This document shows positions 1 to 12,460 of a DNA stretch of 64,000 bases, piece after piece. Under the pieces are notes generated by a model. It was given only the letters and a program-made list of their open reading frames with translations. It ran no database searches and had not been told where the DNA came from. Position 1 is the first letter of the stretch, and each line of letters begins with the position of its first letter. Made by a program: the position numbers and the translations under genes. Source of the stretch: Tubiluchus corallicola (Eukaryota; Animalia; Priapulida); assembly GCA_030141605.1 (NCBI GenBank), contig JAQGDQ010000036.1, forward strand, positions 744,001-808,000. The letters run 5' to 3'.

Positions 1-76
1 CAGTGACGAAGATGCACAGAAGGCCTATTGCTACCTGCGCGAAGAAGTAAAGACATTTGCGGGCAAACCAATATTG
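1..76 (+). CDS. LARP4: LARP4 exon (end of RRM, 5'-truncated)
   Basis: [25 protein letters not shown], donor gtacca at 77. Confidence 0.88.
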
Positions 77-3000
77 GTACCATGAAAGTTAATTTTATAT
101 AAGTTCAGCATGACATAATACAAGACATAGGCTTTTTTTCAAGTTCACTATAAAAGAATTTAATTTAGAGTAGACATGTAAGTATTAATTACTTCAAGTG
201 ACTAAAATTGATTTGTTTTCTATTTTTACTTTTACTACTGTTATTATTATTATTATTATTATGAGATTTATTTATTAAGAAATTTTTAACTGCACAAATT
301 GTCAAAAGTTCTATGAAATAAATGCACAATTTGAAAATCCATGCACGCACACACACCGTTGTTGTACTGACTGCGTAGTTCTGTGCTGTGTATACATTAT
401 GCATATCGAATACTATTGCAGAAGATGCAAAGGTATGAACTGAGTGTGAAAATTATTTTAACCATCCACAACCAAGTAGCTAAATTTTATCAAAGCAGTT
501 CTTAGTAGTATGTTAAATTTAACACGTCACTCAATTAGTAGCCTATGCACATGACGAAAAATGGGTGTAATATAAATGAAAATGAGACTTGGAAGCATTT
601 CTGGACATGCAAACGGAAAATCTGGAAAATCCGTTTTTAGAGAATCTCTTCTGTACTTAAGGCGCTTCATGGCAAGGCATCTGATTCCATTTGTGACATA
701 ATTCATCCAACAAATTCAAACCGGCATAGTCTTAGGTCAAATGACAGCCTTTTGCTTACGGTTCCTAGAGTACTCTGTTCCACTATGGGTGATAGGTAAT
801 TTGCTGTTGCAGGACCATCTCTATTAAATAGCCTGCCTATTCACATCAGGTCACTCTCGAACACTAACACTTTTAAAATACAGATTATAACATACTTATT
901 TAAAATAGCATACAATCTTTAAAGTAGTCAAATCTTGATTTGTCTTTATATGTTTGTATTTTGTGAATCTGTGTGTTCCTTATGTATTTAGTTATTGTAA
1001 TTTTATGAAATTTAGTATGATTACTGTTTAATCTTGTAAACCTTTTATAAATCTGTCATGATGATTTTAGATACCTTTGTGAAGTGTCTTTGAATGATGT
1101 CAGTTGAGCTGTCTGTAGTTTTAGACACTATACAAAATAATAATTATTATTTTTTGTTTTTGTGGCAAAAAAACTTCTATTCTGTGCATTTAATGTTCAG
1201 CCTTTGTTGTGTTTTATCTTTTAGGCACGAATAAAGGCCAAGCCATTAGCAAGGTCAGTAATTGTACCAAAAAATGGATACAAATTGATGTCTCCATTGG
1301 GCAGTAGTGTGTATCAGCCAACGACTGTTACGGTCACACAGTCACAGACGAGCAGCCCGAGTGGTCAGCAGTCCCCACATAGTCAAACACAAATATTCGC
1401 CCAATCAACTTCTACTTCTTATGCCAGTGGACAAGTTCCTATGGATGGGTATTCAGGACAGGTGAATGAATCAGATTTTGCGTTTAACAGATTGTGATTT
1501 CATTCTTTCATTAACTTTTGTCCTAAATTTCTGAGGCTAATTCTATTTCTTTTTCTGATATTAAAATAGAGTAGAATAAAATTTTATTCTGGTATATATT
1601 TACCAATGAAAATCCTGTACATTGCAGTATAAGAGTCTATGAGTTAATTTCTTCATCTTAACTGGCACCATGTACGCATACCTACTACCATGTATATAGT
1701 AAGTATATGTGGCACTTGTTTTTTCTATTTTCAGCCAAACTTTAAATTTAAATATTTTATGACATTTCAGCAACAGTTTCCGTTTTACCCACCAAACATG
1801 CTTCCAACTGCATGGCAGACTAGTCCACCGTTATTTGATCCTGGAATGGTAAGTGTGCAGAAACCATACACTAACAATATAACTGTGCAATAGCTTTTTG
1901 CAGTTACTTGTGCAAATGTAAGGTCTTAAAAACAGAAATTTTAATAGGCTTAGCAGGCTTAAATTCATGTACACTTCTGTTTTAGCCCTTTCTATTACTG
2001 CCTTTTCCGCATTTAACATAATTCAAAAATGCTACAAATTTTTTCTTTAGGCATTCGTGGCTAATGGTTTTGCACCACAAGCAACTTTCAAACCAACCAG
2101 TCCTGGCCCTCATCAAGGTCAACAAGGCTTCCATGTTATCAACAGAAATAGGTAATGGCTGAAATTTTGCTGTTTTAAATTTTTGTTTGCGTGTCTATTA
2201 TAGATTGTCTTGTTTTGCCCTTATATTGCTGCTTTTTAGTAGTGGTGGAAGGTTAGTAATAGTAAGACTGACTACTTTCAGAAACAAATCTGGTCATCGA
2301 TCATCAAATAATGATCGGTTAGAAAGAAACAGCTTTGACTATGGCCGACCGTCATATGACCGGTATTCAAACACAAGTAGCAGTCATAGTAGACACAGTG
2401 GTGTCAATCAGCGCTCTTACAGCGATTCTTCTACATACAGGGATAAATCAGAATCCATTCATTCCAGGTACAATAGCATGCTTTGCAATTGTAAATGTTG
2501 CTTCATCATGTTGCTGTATGTGTTTCATGTTTTTGTTTAATAGTTAGCAAAGTTTTTGTCAGTTTTATTGTTTTGCGCCATCATAGTAAACAATGAATGG
2601 ATTATCATTATTATCATGTTTTTATTCAAGCCTTATGTAATTTGCAATTATAAATGAAAATTTATTTTGTATTACCTTTTTCTATTGAATTTTTGTGTAA
2701 TTTGCAATTATGAAGAAAATGTTATTTATACAGAGGAGATGCTCATTCACCTAATTACGGTACTCATGTTGGCAATCACACTATTCTGTTGACTGAGAGA
2801 AAACAAGAAGGGGAAGCACAGACTACAGCTTTTCGAGGATTGGAAGCAAAGGATGTAATGGGGCAGCCTATCAGGTATTCTGTCATTTTTGCTTTTAAAA
2901 CTAGAAAACTTTGCTTGACATGAACATACTTGTAGTGCAAGTCATGTAAACATGTGTCTCTTGATCCTGATTCACAGTGCCAGATTGGCACCACCTAGTT

Positions 3001-6000
3001 TAGAAAATGTTGCCTTCTGTACTGACATGGATTTAAGATTAAATTATCAATTGTGGCTTATTACCAATTAAAATGCTTTGAACCTAAACAAGTATAATAA
3101 TTTTTTCTATAGTTTTATATTGGATGGCTTGGGTACGGTGTATGCTTGGGTACAAAAATTAAGTAATGTGATGATTGCTGCAAAGTTAAGCAACGGATCT
3201 GCCATATTGCCATCTGTTTCTCTAATGTAGAGAGCATGTGCACACTTTGGAACATGTCTAAGGTGCTTTTCAACACTTGATCATAGAGGATTGTCCTTTA
3301 TAAGCTAAGATGTGGTCCTGCAGCAGTCACTTAACATTGAACACTTTACTCTGGTAAACTGGGGATTTCATTTGCCGTACTGCCATCTGCTCCTCTCATG
3401 TAGCGGCCATGTGCATACATACGAACCTAGCTAACACACATCCGATGTATAATCTATCTAATCTTAGAGGATTGTCCTTTTTATAAGATAAGTTGCCTTA
3501 TAAGATAATAATCACTTAACATTGAATTCTGGATTTTGGTTTGTAATGTATCAAATTGTATGAACATATGTCGTATTATATTTTAATTTTTTCAAGCGAA
3601 TACTTTTGAAAAGGCATACATTGTGGTATTGCTGCTGCTAACGTATAGCTTAGCCAGACATTAATGGTAGGCTTGTGTTTAAATCCTCTCAGTTAGGAAA
3701 TTGAACTCATATTACATGTAGCTGTATTACAGTGAATCAAAGAACTCTAAATTATTAGAACACCAACAAGCCTTTTCACCTCCTAATTCCCAGTGTTGTT
3801 AAGCGATCATGAAAAATTGATTGCGATCACAATCACGATCCATTTTCAGAGCTGGCTACAATTCAGATCACGATCGCGATCAAATAATTTAACACTTGAT
3901 ATACGTAAATGTACAACTTAAGACAAACCAGTATTTTTGTTTACATATGGTTGTATTTAAAGGGTGTTTTTTTGCACTGCACATGCATTTTGATGCAGTG
4001 CCAGTACAGTGGCCCTATCTTAATATAATAATTTACTTTTAATATATTTGTAATAAACTAAATTTACTAAAACTAAACTAAGGCAATTCTCTAAAACTCT
4101 AACTAAAACACTACAAATTAGGTATTACCACTGAAACACGGTTTTGACTAGCATTTTTCTTGTCAAAGCGCTCGTCAAAATGTCTTTTACCACAGCAAGA
4201 AAGATGCAAATATTGCTGGCTAAAAAATGCTGTAACGCTGAAGCGATGAAACTATCCGTGAAAATATTAATTGCATGAGAAGCGATTTCACTCTTCAAAA
4301 CACCACAAAAATGCTCATGAAAACATCTATCGCTGAAAAAACGTTCTTACAAGTTAGAGCTTTTTTCTCACTGCATAACAAAATTGCAACGTTATTCGCT
4401 GTAGGTTGCACACTGCACATGTCATTGAACATGGAATACTTATTCACATTAAATGTGCAAGAATAAATTATGAACATGTGACTTGTTATGCATGTTTTTA
4501 TCGGAAGTATTCGTCAATTACGTTATGAGAAAATGATTGCAATCCATTGTAAAGTCACAGAATTTGATCTCGATACTGATCGCGATCATTTTCGATTTTG
4601 ATCGTTACAACCTGCTAATTCCTAATGGAGTGCAGTTTTTTCTGTAAACTGATTTAGTGCTGCACTAATTGCAGGTTTTTTTTATTTTAGGATGCACAGA
4701 CGAAGACGGAGAGACGCTGATACTGTTGAAATTCCAGTGAACAGTACCAGCTCTGCCGCTACGACAAATATTAGTGCCAGCTGTACTTCTCGCATGACCA
4801 AAAATAGTTCCTCACAAACTGCAACGACAAATGCATCAACTTCCACTACTGCCAAAGATGGAAAACCTGGTTCTCCAACATTTGCATTAGAATCTAGTTC
4901 CTTTCCTCCTCTACCTGGTGCCACGGTACAAATTAAGAAATTTATTTCATTTACAAACAAGAATTTTAACAGTGTAAAATCATCGACTTTCCTTGAACTT
5001 TTTATCATTTTTTTAATATAAATGTTGCATATTAGTTTTATAGAAAATTACTTAATTTGAGTTTCAGTTCTAGTAAAAAAAATTACTGTTCTTGCACAGC
5101 TTCAGAAGTTTGCGTATTTTCAGCAGTTTCCGTAATGATTTTCAACAAGTAATATTATAGCATCATTCAAATTAACTGTCTGTTAGGTTATGATTGCAAT
5201 TATGATAGTAAATTATTTATGGATGAATTATTTCTAGCATTCACAGTCATAATCTAATTAATAATTCTAATATTAGTGTACGTTTTTTTACTTTCTAACA
5301 AACTACTTGCATTTTTACATAGCATTTATATCAACACCATGTTTATTGTCCTCTTAATTTCTGATGAATATAATCAAAATTTTTAAATTGATAATTTAAT
5401 ATAAGAAACACATAAATATGCAAGTTGCTAGTGGTTTTTTGTCACTTCTTTTGTCAATATTTTTGTGCTGCACAGCCTGCCACAAAAGCAGAAGATGTTT
5501 TTGAGAGCAGGATAGCGGATGTTGTGAAAGGCACGGCAAAACCTCTGACCCGAGACAGCAAGACTCAAACACCTCTTTCTCCTACACTCAAGGATAGTGC
5601 AACTTTGACAAATGGTGATGTCCAAAATCACTCTCCGCTTTCTGGTTCACCTACTAAGTAAGTTATCAAGATGTATTTTTGCAAGATCATCATAGTTGTA
5701 GTTTACAGCTGCTATTAAAAAAATCTCATATGGTTTTACTAGACATTTGTGTTTTTTGTACAGTATTAGTAACATATATTTCTGAAACACTTTGTAAGTA
5801 TAAGATGAGATATCATGTAAGTCTTACTGTACAAAATTTGCTAAGACAGACATTTTCAAGAGTAGACTTGAAAATTTTAGGGTCACAAAAGCTTCATCAA
5901 CACAATCTAAAGCTGCTGTTATGTCGGAAAAGCATCCAAAATCAGAAGATGAAACATCAGAAATCAGTGCGAAGTCATCTGCTGCAACTGCAATGCCCTC

Positions 6001-6965
6001 ATCAAAACTTCCACGTGAAAACAAGCATGTCTTATCTCATTCAACTGCAGTGCATCACAGCAAAGTTCTGTCTATGGAAACGCATGTGAAGTCTCATCTT
6101 GCAGCGGTCCCCTCAAATGATGCAGAGCCTAGTAACCAACTAGTAAGTAAAACATTTTTTACATATTATTTAGTGTTAAAATTTATGTTATTTTTAATTT
6201 TCTTACATTTTTGTTCATATATTTAAAGAATTGTGTTTCAAATATTGCTCATATTTTATCAGTGCATTAATACAGTGTATACTACATAGAATTTAGAGGA
6301 AAAGGGCCCTACAAAGCTAAGCTATGCACAGATGGTTCAGAGAGCTCGAGAAAAAGCAGAAAAGCAAGCCCATGAGAAAGAACAATGTGATAAGGAAAGC
6401 AAAGATAAAACAAATAATCGAGAAAAGGAAAAACCAAAAGAACCCATATCAACAGGTAAGGATTTCCTAGTTTGTCATCTTCTCATACTTTTTATTTCAA
6501 TTTCTTATGGCTGTCTAAAAGTTGAACTTTTGGCTTTTTCCTTAGCCTTTAAGGAAATGAGTTATTTTGTATTCATTGATGCTTATTAGTGTATACTGGC
6601 CCTAATTAAAAGTTACTTAGTAGTTTGCATCAACTATTATTATTAAAAATTTTTCAGCCAAGCTTATACTGAAAGAGACATCTCGTGTACTTCGAGACCC
6701 CAGAGAAGAACAGTCACGTAATTTTCGAGATTCAAGGGATGAAACCACTCGTACTTTTCGGGATTTTCGAGATGAGCTGCCTCACAGTTTTCGGGATTCA
6801 CGAGATGAACCATCGCGTAATCTGCGAAATTCGCGTGATTATAAAATGCGTTCTACTCGCCAATATGATGGTTATCGTGATTGGTACGACCGTGATTATG
6901 ATCGTGATCGCGATCGCTATGAGCGTTCTCGTTACAACTCTAGTCTACGCTCTCCAACAAAGTAA
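1..6965 (+). CDS. LARP4: La-related protein 4 (LARP4/4B-like), 3' part; exons <1-76, 1225-1461, 1771-1848, 2051-2151, 2282-2467, 2734-2874, 4691-4925, 5476-5657, 5881-6142, 6290-6455, 6658-6965
   Basis: The spliced frame is continuous across GT-AG introns with matching phases. It contains the end of the RRM ([32 protein letters not shown]), FALESSSFPPLPG, RIADVVKG, KLSYAQMVQR and a C-terminal RSPTK*, all motifs I recognise from LARP4 proteins. The 5' exons lie outside the window. Confidence 0.9.
659..1150 (+). mobile_element. Decayed L2-like LINE 3' end in LARP4 intron
   Basis: Translates KALHGKASDSICDIIHPTNSNRHSLRSNDSLLLTVPRVLCSTMGDR*FAVAGPSLLNSLPIHIRSLSNTNTFKIQIITYLF, matching the L2 ORF2 C-terminal pattern (KALHG..LRS..LL.VPR..GDRAF.VA.P.LWNSLP..FK..LKT.LF), followed by an AT-rich tail. 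Confidence 0.8.
1225..1461 (+). CDS. LARP4: LARP4 exon
   Basis: ttttag|ARIKAKPLARSVIVPKNGYK...YSGQ|gtgaat. Confidence 0.88.
1771..1848 (+). CDS. LARP4: LARP4 exon
   Basis: tttcag|QQFPFYPPNMLPTAWQTSPPLFDPGM|gtaagt. Confidence 0.85.
2051..2151 (+). CDS. LARP4: LARP4 exon
   Basis: ctttag|AFVANGFAPQATFKP...NRNR|gtaatg. Confidence 0.85.
2282..2467 (+). CDS. LARP4: LARP4 exon
   Basis: tttcag|NKSGHRSSNNDR...SIHSR|gtacaa, phase 2-2. Confidence 0.8.
2734..2874 (+). CDS. LARP4: LARP4 exon
   Basis: atacag|GDAHSPNYG...GQPIR|gtattc, phase 2-2, open. Confidence 0.75.
3200..3526. repeat. Diverged tandem duplication (~3200-3341 and ~3373-3526) in LARP4 intron
   Basis: Shared blocks tgccatctg, atgtag, catgtgca, tagaggattgtccttt, ataag, tcacttaacattgaa occur in the same order in both copies. 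Confidence 0.8.
3791..4614. mobile_element. Non-autonomous hAT-like DNA transposon (MITE)
   Basis: Perfect 8-bp TSD CTAATTCC (3783-3790 and 4615-4622), imperfect TIRs CAGTGTTGTTAAGCGATCA / TGATCGTTACAACCTG, and subterminal CGATC repeats at both ends. Confidence 0.85.
4691..4925 (+). CDS. LARP4: LARP4 exon
   Basis: ttttag|MHRRRRRDAD...FALESSSFPPLPGAT|gtacaa. Confidence 0.9.
5476..5657 (+). CDS. LARP4: LARP4 exon
   Basis: gcacag|PATKAEDVFESRIADVVKG...SPT|gtaagt. Confidence 0.88.
5881..6142 (+). CDS. LARP4: LARP4 exon
   Basis: ttttag|VTKASSTQ...EPSNQL|gtaagt. Confidence 0.85.
6290..6455 (+). CDS. LARP4: LARP4 exon
   Basis: acatag|NLEEKGPTKLSYAQMVQRAREK...PIST|gtaagg. Confidence 0.88.
6658..6965 (+). 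CDS. LARP4: LARP4 terminal coding exon (R/D-rich repeats)
   Basis: tttcag|AKLILKETSRVLRDPREEQ...LRSPTK, stop TAA at 6963-6965. Confidence 0.88.
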
Positions 6966-9900
6966 AACTTGATATTGTGATTGTATTGCCACAGTAATTA
7001 ACAAATGCCCTGTAGGCAGAACATTATTGTGGATATTTTGCTGTGGTAAATACAATACTGTGTTAGTGATGCCTGACTTATAAATTGCTTAACTTTTCTC
7101 CATTGTATTCATTTGAAGAGAAAAAGAGGTAGATACAATGTTTGTGGTGGATTCAAGAATTGTGCGAGAAACTATGTGGAAATCGTCCAAATTTTTAGTC
7201 CTATAATTTTCTTGCCGTTTTCATATTACCATTTGGGTAGGGTTGATTAAGTCCATAGTCATTTTTGTCTTTGGCTTAATGTGTATAGCTGTTTAGTCAC
7301 AACTTGCATAAATGAGTAAGAAGTATTCTTGTTATGAAACAATTACTCATTTAATTATGTTGAAATGCTTTTCCTCCATCACTTAACATTATGGCTAATT
7401 TACTCCAGAGTGAGTATTGTTTCCAAATTAGCATTTTAATTTAAACTCGATCTCTTAGTTAGAACCCTTGTTTATTTTGGACAAAAAGCTGGTCCTGCAT
7501 TATTGGTGATAGTATTGTGATATTGTTTTGTTTTTCATTAAAATTAAATTTTGGATGGCTTAGCTAAGTCAGTAGCACATGTGAATGCACAGGATGCTGA
7601 ACTATTGTTGGTCATTTTGTGAAAGAATTCAGATGTCTTTAGTCCAGATGATGTGATATTAGCACTGAAGTATTATAGTATACAAGTAGCTGAGAAGAAT
7701 AACTCAGTCTAGGCATTGTGCAAGTTAAAGCATTTTTGACTTTCATTTAAATTTTTGGCTATTGGTAGAATATTAGGCTGTAGTATAATTCACATGTGCA
7801 AGGAGAGCCTCTTTGACCTCTTTAGTGCCTCGGTTTATTGTTTTGTAGATTGCTTTGTAAGCTGAATCTGGTATCTAGAAAAGACGTGGGCATTACTAAT
7901 CGTGAAACGTAAATTTGCGCGATAATTTGCTAGTTGTCTTGTTACTATAACTGGAGAGTTTAATTATCTGTTAGGTCAGCGTGATAAGCATTTGTTTTGT
8001 TTAATTTTTATTGTGCAAAATTTACCGTCTTACTCTGTTACGTATTTGAAAAAAGAAAACTACGCCATATTGCAGTAATTTCACTAACTTTGCAGTAGTC
8101 TCATCATGGTAACATAGTCAGGCCTGTCTGAAAATAAGGAAAAAGTTTTTGCTTGCTTGCGATCAAAATATTGGAGATGGCTTATGAATGTGATGGCATA
8201 TTGCTTGGTGAGTAAGTAATTATATGACAAACTTGTGCATTTGTTAATATCTTTTACCTTTTATGATGGCATTAATAGAAATGCTTAGGGAATGACATTA
8301 CTTAGGATTGGTATACGTTGACTGAATTGCATTTGATTAATTGGTTCGTTTGTGTTCATGTGTTCATAATAATAATTATGCTAACATACATATATATTAA
8401 ACGTAACTAATAGCAAGTGTAAAATATAAAAATTTATTTTTTGAAGAAAATACATATACTGTTGTAAAAATGAATGTGTGAGCTTGATCCTTGTATGCAA
8501 GTATAATTACTTCCTGCTAGATGTATTCAGTGGTTTAATTAATTCAGTAAGAATGTTGGGCCATGTTCTATTTTCTTCAATGCAGTTTCTATTTTACTAA
8601 CCTGCTCCAGTCTTCATTTGTTGTTGTTATACACGTAGGTTAGATTCATACTTAGTCGTTATCATATCTATTAAGTTTTTTTCATAAATTTATCTTTTGG
8701 ATTGTCAGTAGGGTAGAGTACATTGTATTATCAGTAACTTTGCTGGATGTTTTGTTGATCTTCGTATGTGGTTTGTGGAATGTATACATAAAAATGGATG
8801 TACATGTACGCAGCTAAAACTTAATGCTGTGCCTTTTCTTTTAATTGTTTTGTTTAGTTGTATTGGAATAACTGCAAGTGGCCCAAGCATAGCTAGCAAC
8901 CAACAAAATAACAATTCTTTCGTGTTATGAGCATTTTAATGCTTGTCTTTGCTAGATTAAGGCTCTTATAAAACAAATTACCGTTTTAATTTGTTTTATG
9001 TTAACAAGATTTTGTTATTATTAATTTGTCATCATGAGAAATTTTTCTTTGTTGTTAATGATATTGGGAAATGTATTTTTGCTGTAGCGCTGCAGTTTTG
9101 TTAGTCTTGTCAACTGTTGCATATTGCTTTCCTATATCATGTGTTGCTACTTTCTCGTTTTAAAAATATTGTCGTTCCCTAATATCATTTCCAGAAAATT
9201 GTGGCTCTGTGCAATTAGTTTTTATTTTATTGATCAGATTTTGACATTATTTGTGCGTATAACATTATTTTTTTCTACTCATTTCTGAATGTTGTATGTA
9301 ACCTTGTACCACATAAGAGAAACATGTCATTTATATGTTAAGTCAATTATGAGCAGGACCTTTACCTACTGATTTAACTAGTCTGAATTACGAAACTGAT
9401 TTTTTTTTGCATTTTATAATCAAACTTGAAATGCTAAAAGAAGATCTCTTTGTCCGAATGGTATAGGTTTATTATTTGTTGTGGTTGTTGCAGCTTGTCA
9501 TTAAACAATAGTTGAATTTGTTAATTATGTTCATATTTGGAAATACGGTACAGTGTAATAGTCATGTATGTATTCATTTGTCAGAAATGCATATTGGTAC
9601 TGCTGAGTTTTAATTATCTCAAAGTTAGTTAAGTTTCTAATGTACACGAAAATGTTGACAAAAACAATTGATTTTATTATCACATTTATTAAGAGTTAAT
9701 ATGGTATCCAACGTTAAATGTATGACATGAAGTACAAATTTCATTATTAGTAGCTTATTAAAAAATTTTACTTATTTATAGCCCGTAATACATAAATATA
9801 AAAAAACAGCAGGAAATTGTGTGGATTTTTTTCCAGAGCAGTTTATGCAATAATAAGATTCATCAGCATTTTTATTGATAACATTATTATAAACAAAAAC

Positions 9901-10693
9901 GGCTGTAAGAAAGTGTTGTGATTAAGTTCATTACTGCAGGGGTAATAATAGCAGCTGGGTTGGTGGCTTTTTTCTAACGGTTTTCATATTATAAAAATCA
10001 AAGTGCAAATCTAATATGTACCGCCTACCTTTAAATTATTGTACAATAGACTATAAGTTACAAGAAGTAGATTCTGCTAAATCTGTATTAAAATAGTAGA
10101 CACATGTGCAACTTTTGTCCAACTTTTTTGTTTGCTTAGGTGGTCGTATTGTCTTCAGTGTACATTTAATCAGCTAAGTTAATTTATTTCAGCAAAATTA
10201 AATTAGTGATCGTTTGGATGATATGTGATCTTATTATTGTAAGTAGTTACCTATCCTATTGTATCCTAGTAGATCGATGATAAAGGTTTGAATGAAGAAT
10301 TTTGCTATTAGCTTCCTGACTAACTAATTATGTAAACCATAACATACGAACTGAGTATGAAGATATAGTAATTCTTTGTTATGTATTGTTAATGAGAAAT
10401 CTGTAATTACAATAATGAAGTGAATTTTTTCATCATTTTTGGAGCAAATTAGAATTATAATTAGGCCTACTCTAAAATGGATAGAAACTTTCTAAATATA
10501 TAGTTAGGACAAAGGGTACACCTGTTCACTTGAGCTTTACTTGTAATGCAAGTCATTGACAGGATTACCAACAAAAATCCCGTATACCAAGCTTTTATGG
10601 TTGTATTTCAGTACCTCATTGCCTGTGCATTTTTCTCATCATAGGCAGTTAATTAATTCCCAGTTGTTGTATATGTATGCATTCAATGCATGA

Positions 10694-10699
10694 AATAAA
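10694..10699 (+). promoter_or_regulatory. Probable LARP4 polyadenylation signal
   Basis: First canonical AATAAA I found after the stop codon, followed by a T/GT-rich downstream element and then microsatellite/intergenic sequence. Confidence 0.55.
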
Positions 10700-10766
10700 C
10701 GTGTGAAATTATTTGCTTTAGTCATTTTTACTGTGTTATTGTATTTATCTTGATGGGTGCTGTGCG

Positions 10767-10799
<33 letters not shown>

Positions 10800-10892
10800 A
10801 TAGAGAGAGTCTTTAGACTCTTTATACCCAATATCAGGCATATGTATATATATATGTATATGTATGTATGTATAGAGTGAGTGTTTAGACTA
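10767..10892. repeat. (TA)n/(TATG)n microsatellite in a short duplicated unit
   Basis: Two (TATG)n runs, followed respectively by tagagagagtctttagact and tagagtgagtgtttagact. Confidence 0.85.
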
Positions 10893-11499
10893 GATCAATG
10901 GCGGAGTTAAATACAAGTGTATATACACGTGCCTATTTCTATGAATGTATGCCCTCTATTACACACACACACGACTAGCTATAAATATAATAACAATAGT
11001 TGTGGGACCGTCAAGAATACACAGATTTGATGGATAACGTTAAAATACTAAGTTAGAATTCGGTATAATTATAGTACAGCGTAGAACTTTTGGCTAAAGT
11101 TTACAATTAATAGTTCCAGAAACGGGTATTTAAATTGCGTGGGGAATTGTAAACTCCTTCAGACCTTTTTTAATTCAATGTAAAGTCAGAACTAAAGTTA
11201 ATGCTAAAGTGCTAGATGCATTACTAAATCTAAAGAAGAAAGTAACTCGCCCATTTTTCCTTTCACATAATTTATCAGCACACCTCAACGAACAAATGAC
11301 AGGTAGAAACTAATAGTCTTTATGTTGGTAAAAACAATAACTTTTGATGCTTACCTTTACAAATCGATAGTCCGTACTTTAAAAGAATACTGCCACATGA
11401 GTTATGTACTTATTATCAGCCTTATAACTGAATAGATAAGTTGCGAAGTAGCTGGGTTTATTTGATATCATCCCTGCAGTCTTATTCAACGAATGACCA

Positions 11500-12085
11500 A
11501 TAAAGGACGTTCGATAAAGGTTTTTGCTACGTCAAGTCCATTTTACGGAAAGAAGATGCGCTGAGGATATTTCTTCTCGATCCTTAAATGTTGATGATTT
11601 CTTCGGAATACTCGTTTCTGAGTACTTCTCATAATATCGCCCTAAAAATTTCTGGATGCCGGGCTTCCGCTTATAAATTCAGCTTTTTTCTTCCGGCGCA
11701 TTTATGAACGGTTTATTCCTGATGGATTGAGAGATACATAAGTTTGAAAACGTGTTCCTTCTAATCACCTCGCGTAAATCCTTTGGGATATAATTAGAGT
11801 AAGACATAAATGCTCTGTAACGACAGGAGTTTAAATTTGTTGAATTAATCAGATTCCAGGTAATCGATAGGGGCTCGTCTTCACTGATATTGAGCATCTT
11901 CTTACATAGCAGTTGTCTCCGCCTTTTCAAAATTAATTCTTTTAAAAGAGGCATATCTGCTTCTATGTAACACAACTCGTTTTATGAGGAATATTTTATT
12001 CCCAGTAGCGCTTTCACAACTTTGTTGTATAACACCTAGAGTGTTCCAAAGTCTGATGGTAACCAAGTTTCTGCTGCTTTGTATG
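11500..12085 (-). mobile_element. Decayed non-LTR retrotransposon (RT C-terminal region) between the two genes
   Basis: Minus-strand frames read AAETWLPSDFGTL*VLYNKVVKALLGIKYSS*NELCYIEADMPLLKELILKRRRQ, then FQTYVSLNP and HQHLRIEK. This matches the LINE ORF2 tail pattern (YGCE.W..LY...K.LLG...T.N..C..E.G.P.L ... TY..LNP ... H.L.IE), with stops and frameshifts. Confidence 0.65.
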
Positions 12086-12354
12086 TATGAATATATATCT
12101 ACATATCTCTGATACTTTTCATCATTTTTCCTTAGAATTTCATTGGAAGTAATAAAAATGAAACTTACCTCTTCATTTTCGGCTTCGGAAGAGAATTTGG
12201 AATGCAACTAACCCGAATCTGATTGCTTCACCAAAAATTGAAGCTACTCTTGTGGCATCATTCGCCGTATCAAAGAATGAATAATGAATATTGGAGTTGC
12301 AGCGTCTGACTAGAGATGGCACGACGAGATGCTGCGCAGTTTACCTGTCGCACT

Positions 12355-12460
12355 TGGCTAATTAACAGAGTTCGCTCACCTGTGTTAAATCATGTGACCA
12401 AAAACGCCATGCTAGTTTACACGGCTACTGCTGCAATAGAGCATGTCTATATAGAAATAA
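12355..12460 (+). promoter_or_regulatory. Candidate LRP2 proximal promoter
   Basis: TCATGTGAC (MiT/TFE M-box/CLEAR-like) at 12390-12398, CACCTG E-box at 12377, TAATTAAC motif at 12359 and TATA-like TATATAG at 12448, all within ~215 bp upstream of the ATG. Motif match only. Confidence 0.35.

Noticed and set aside
4682-6024. Minus-strand ORFs overlapping LARP4 exons
   Set aside because: Antisense shadows of real low-complexity exons.
11679-12207. Two overlapping minus-strand ORFs that look like a small divergent gene (RYRAFMSYS is superficially TIR-like)
   Set aside because: Adjacent frames give LINE ORF2 C-terminal motifs interrupted by stops, so a decayed retrotransposon explains them better.
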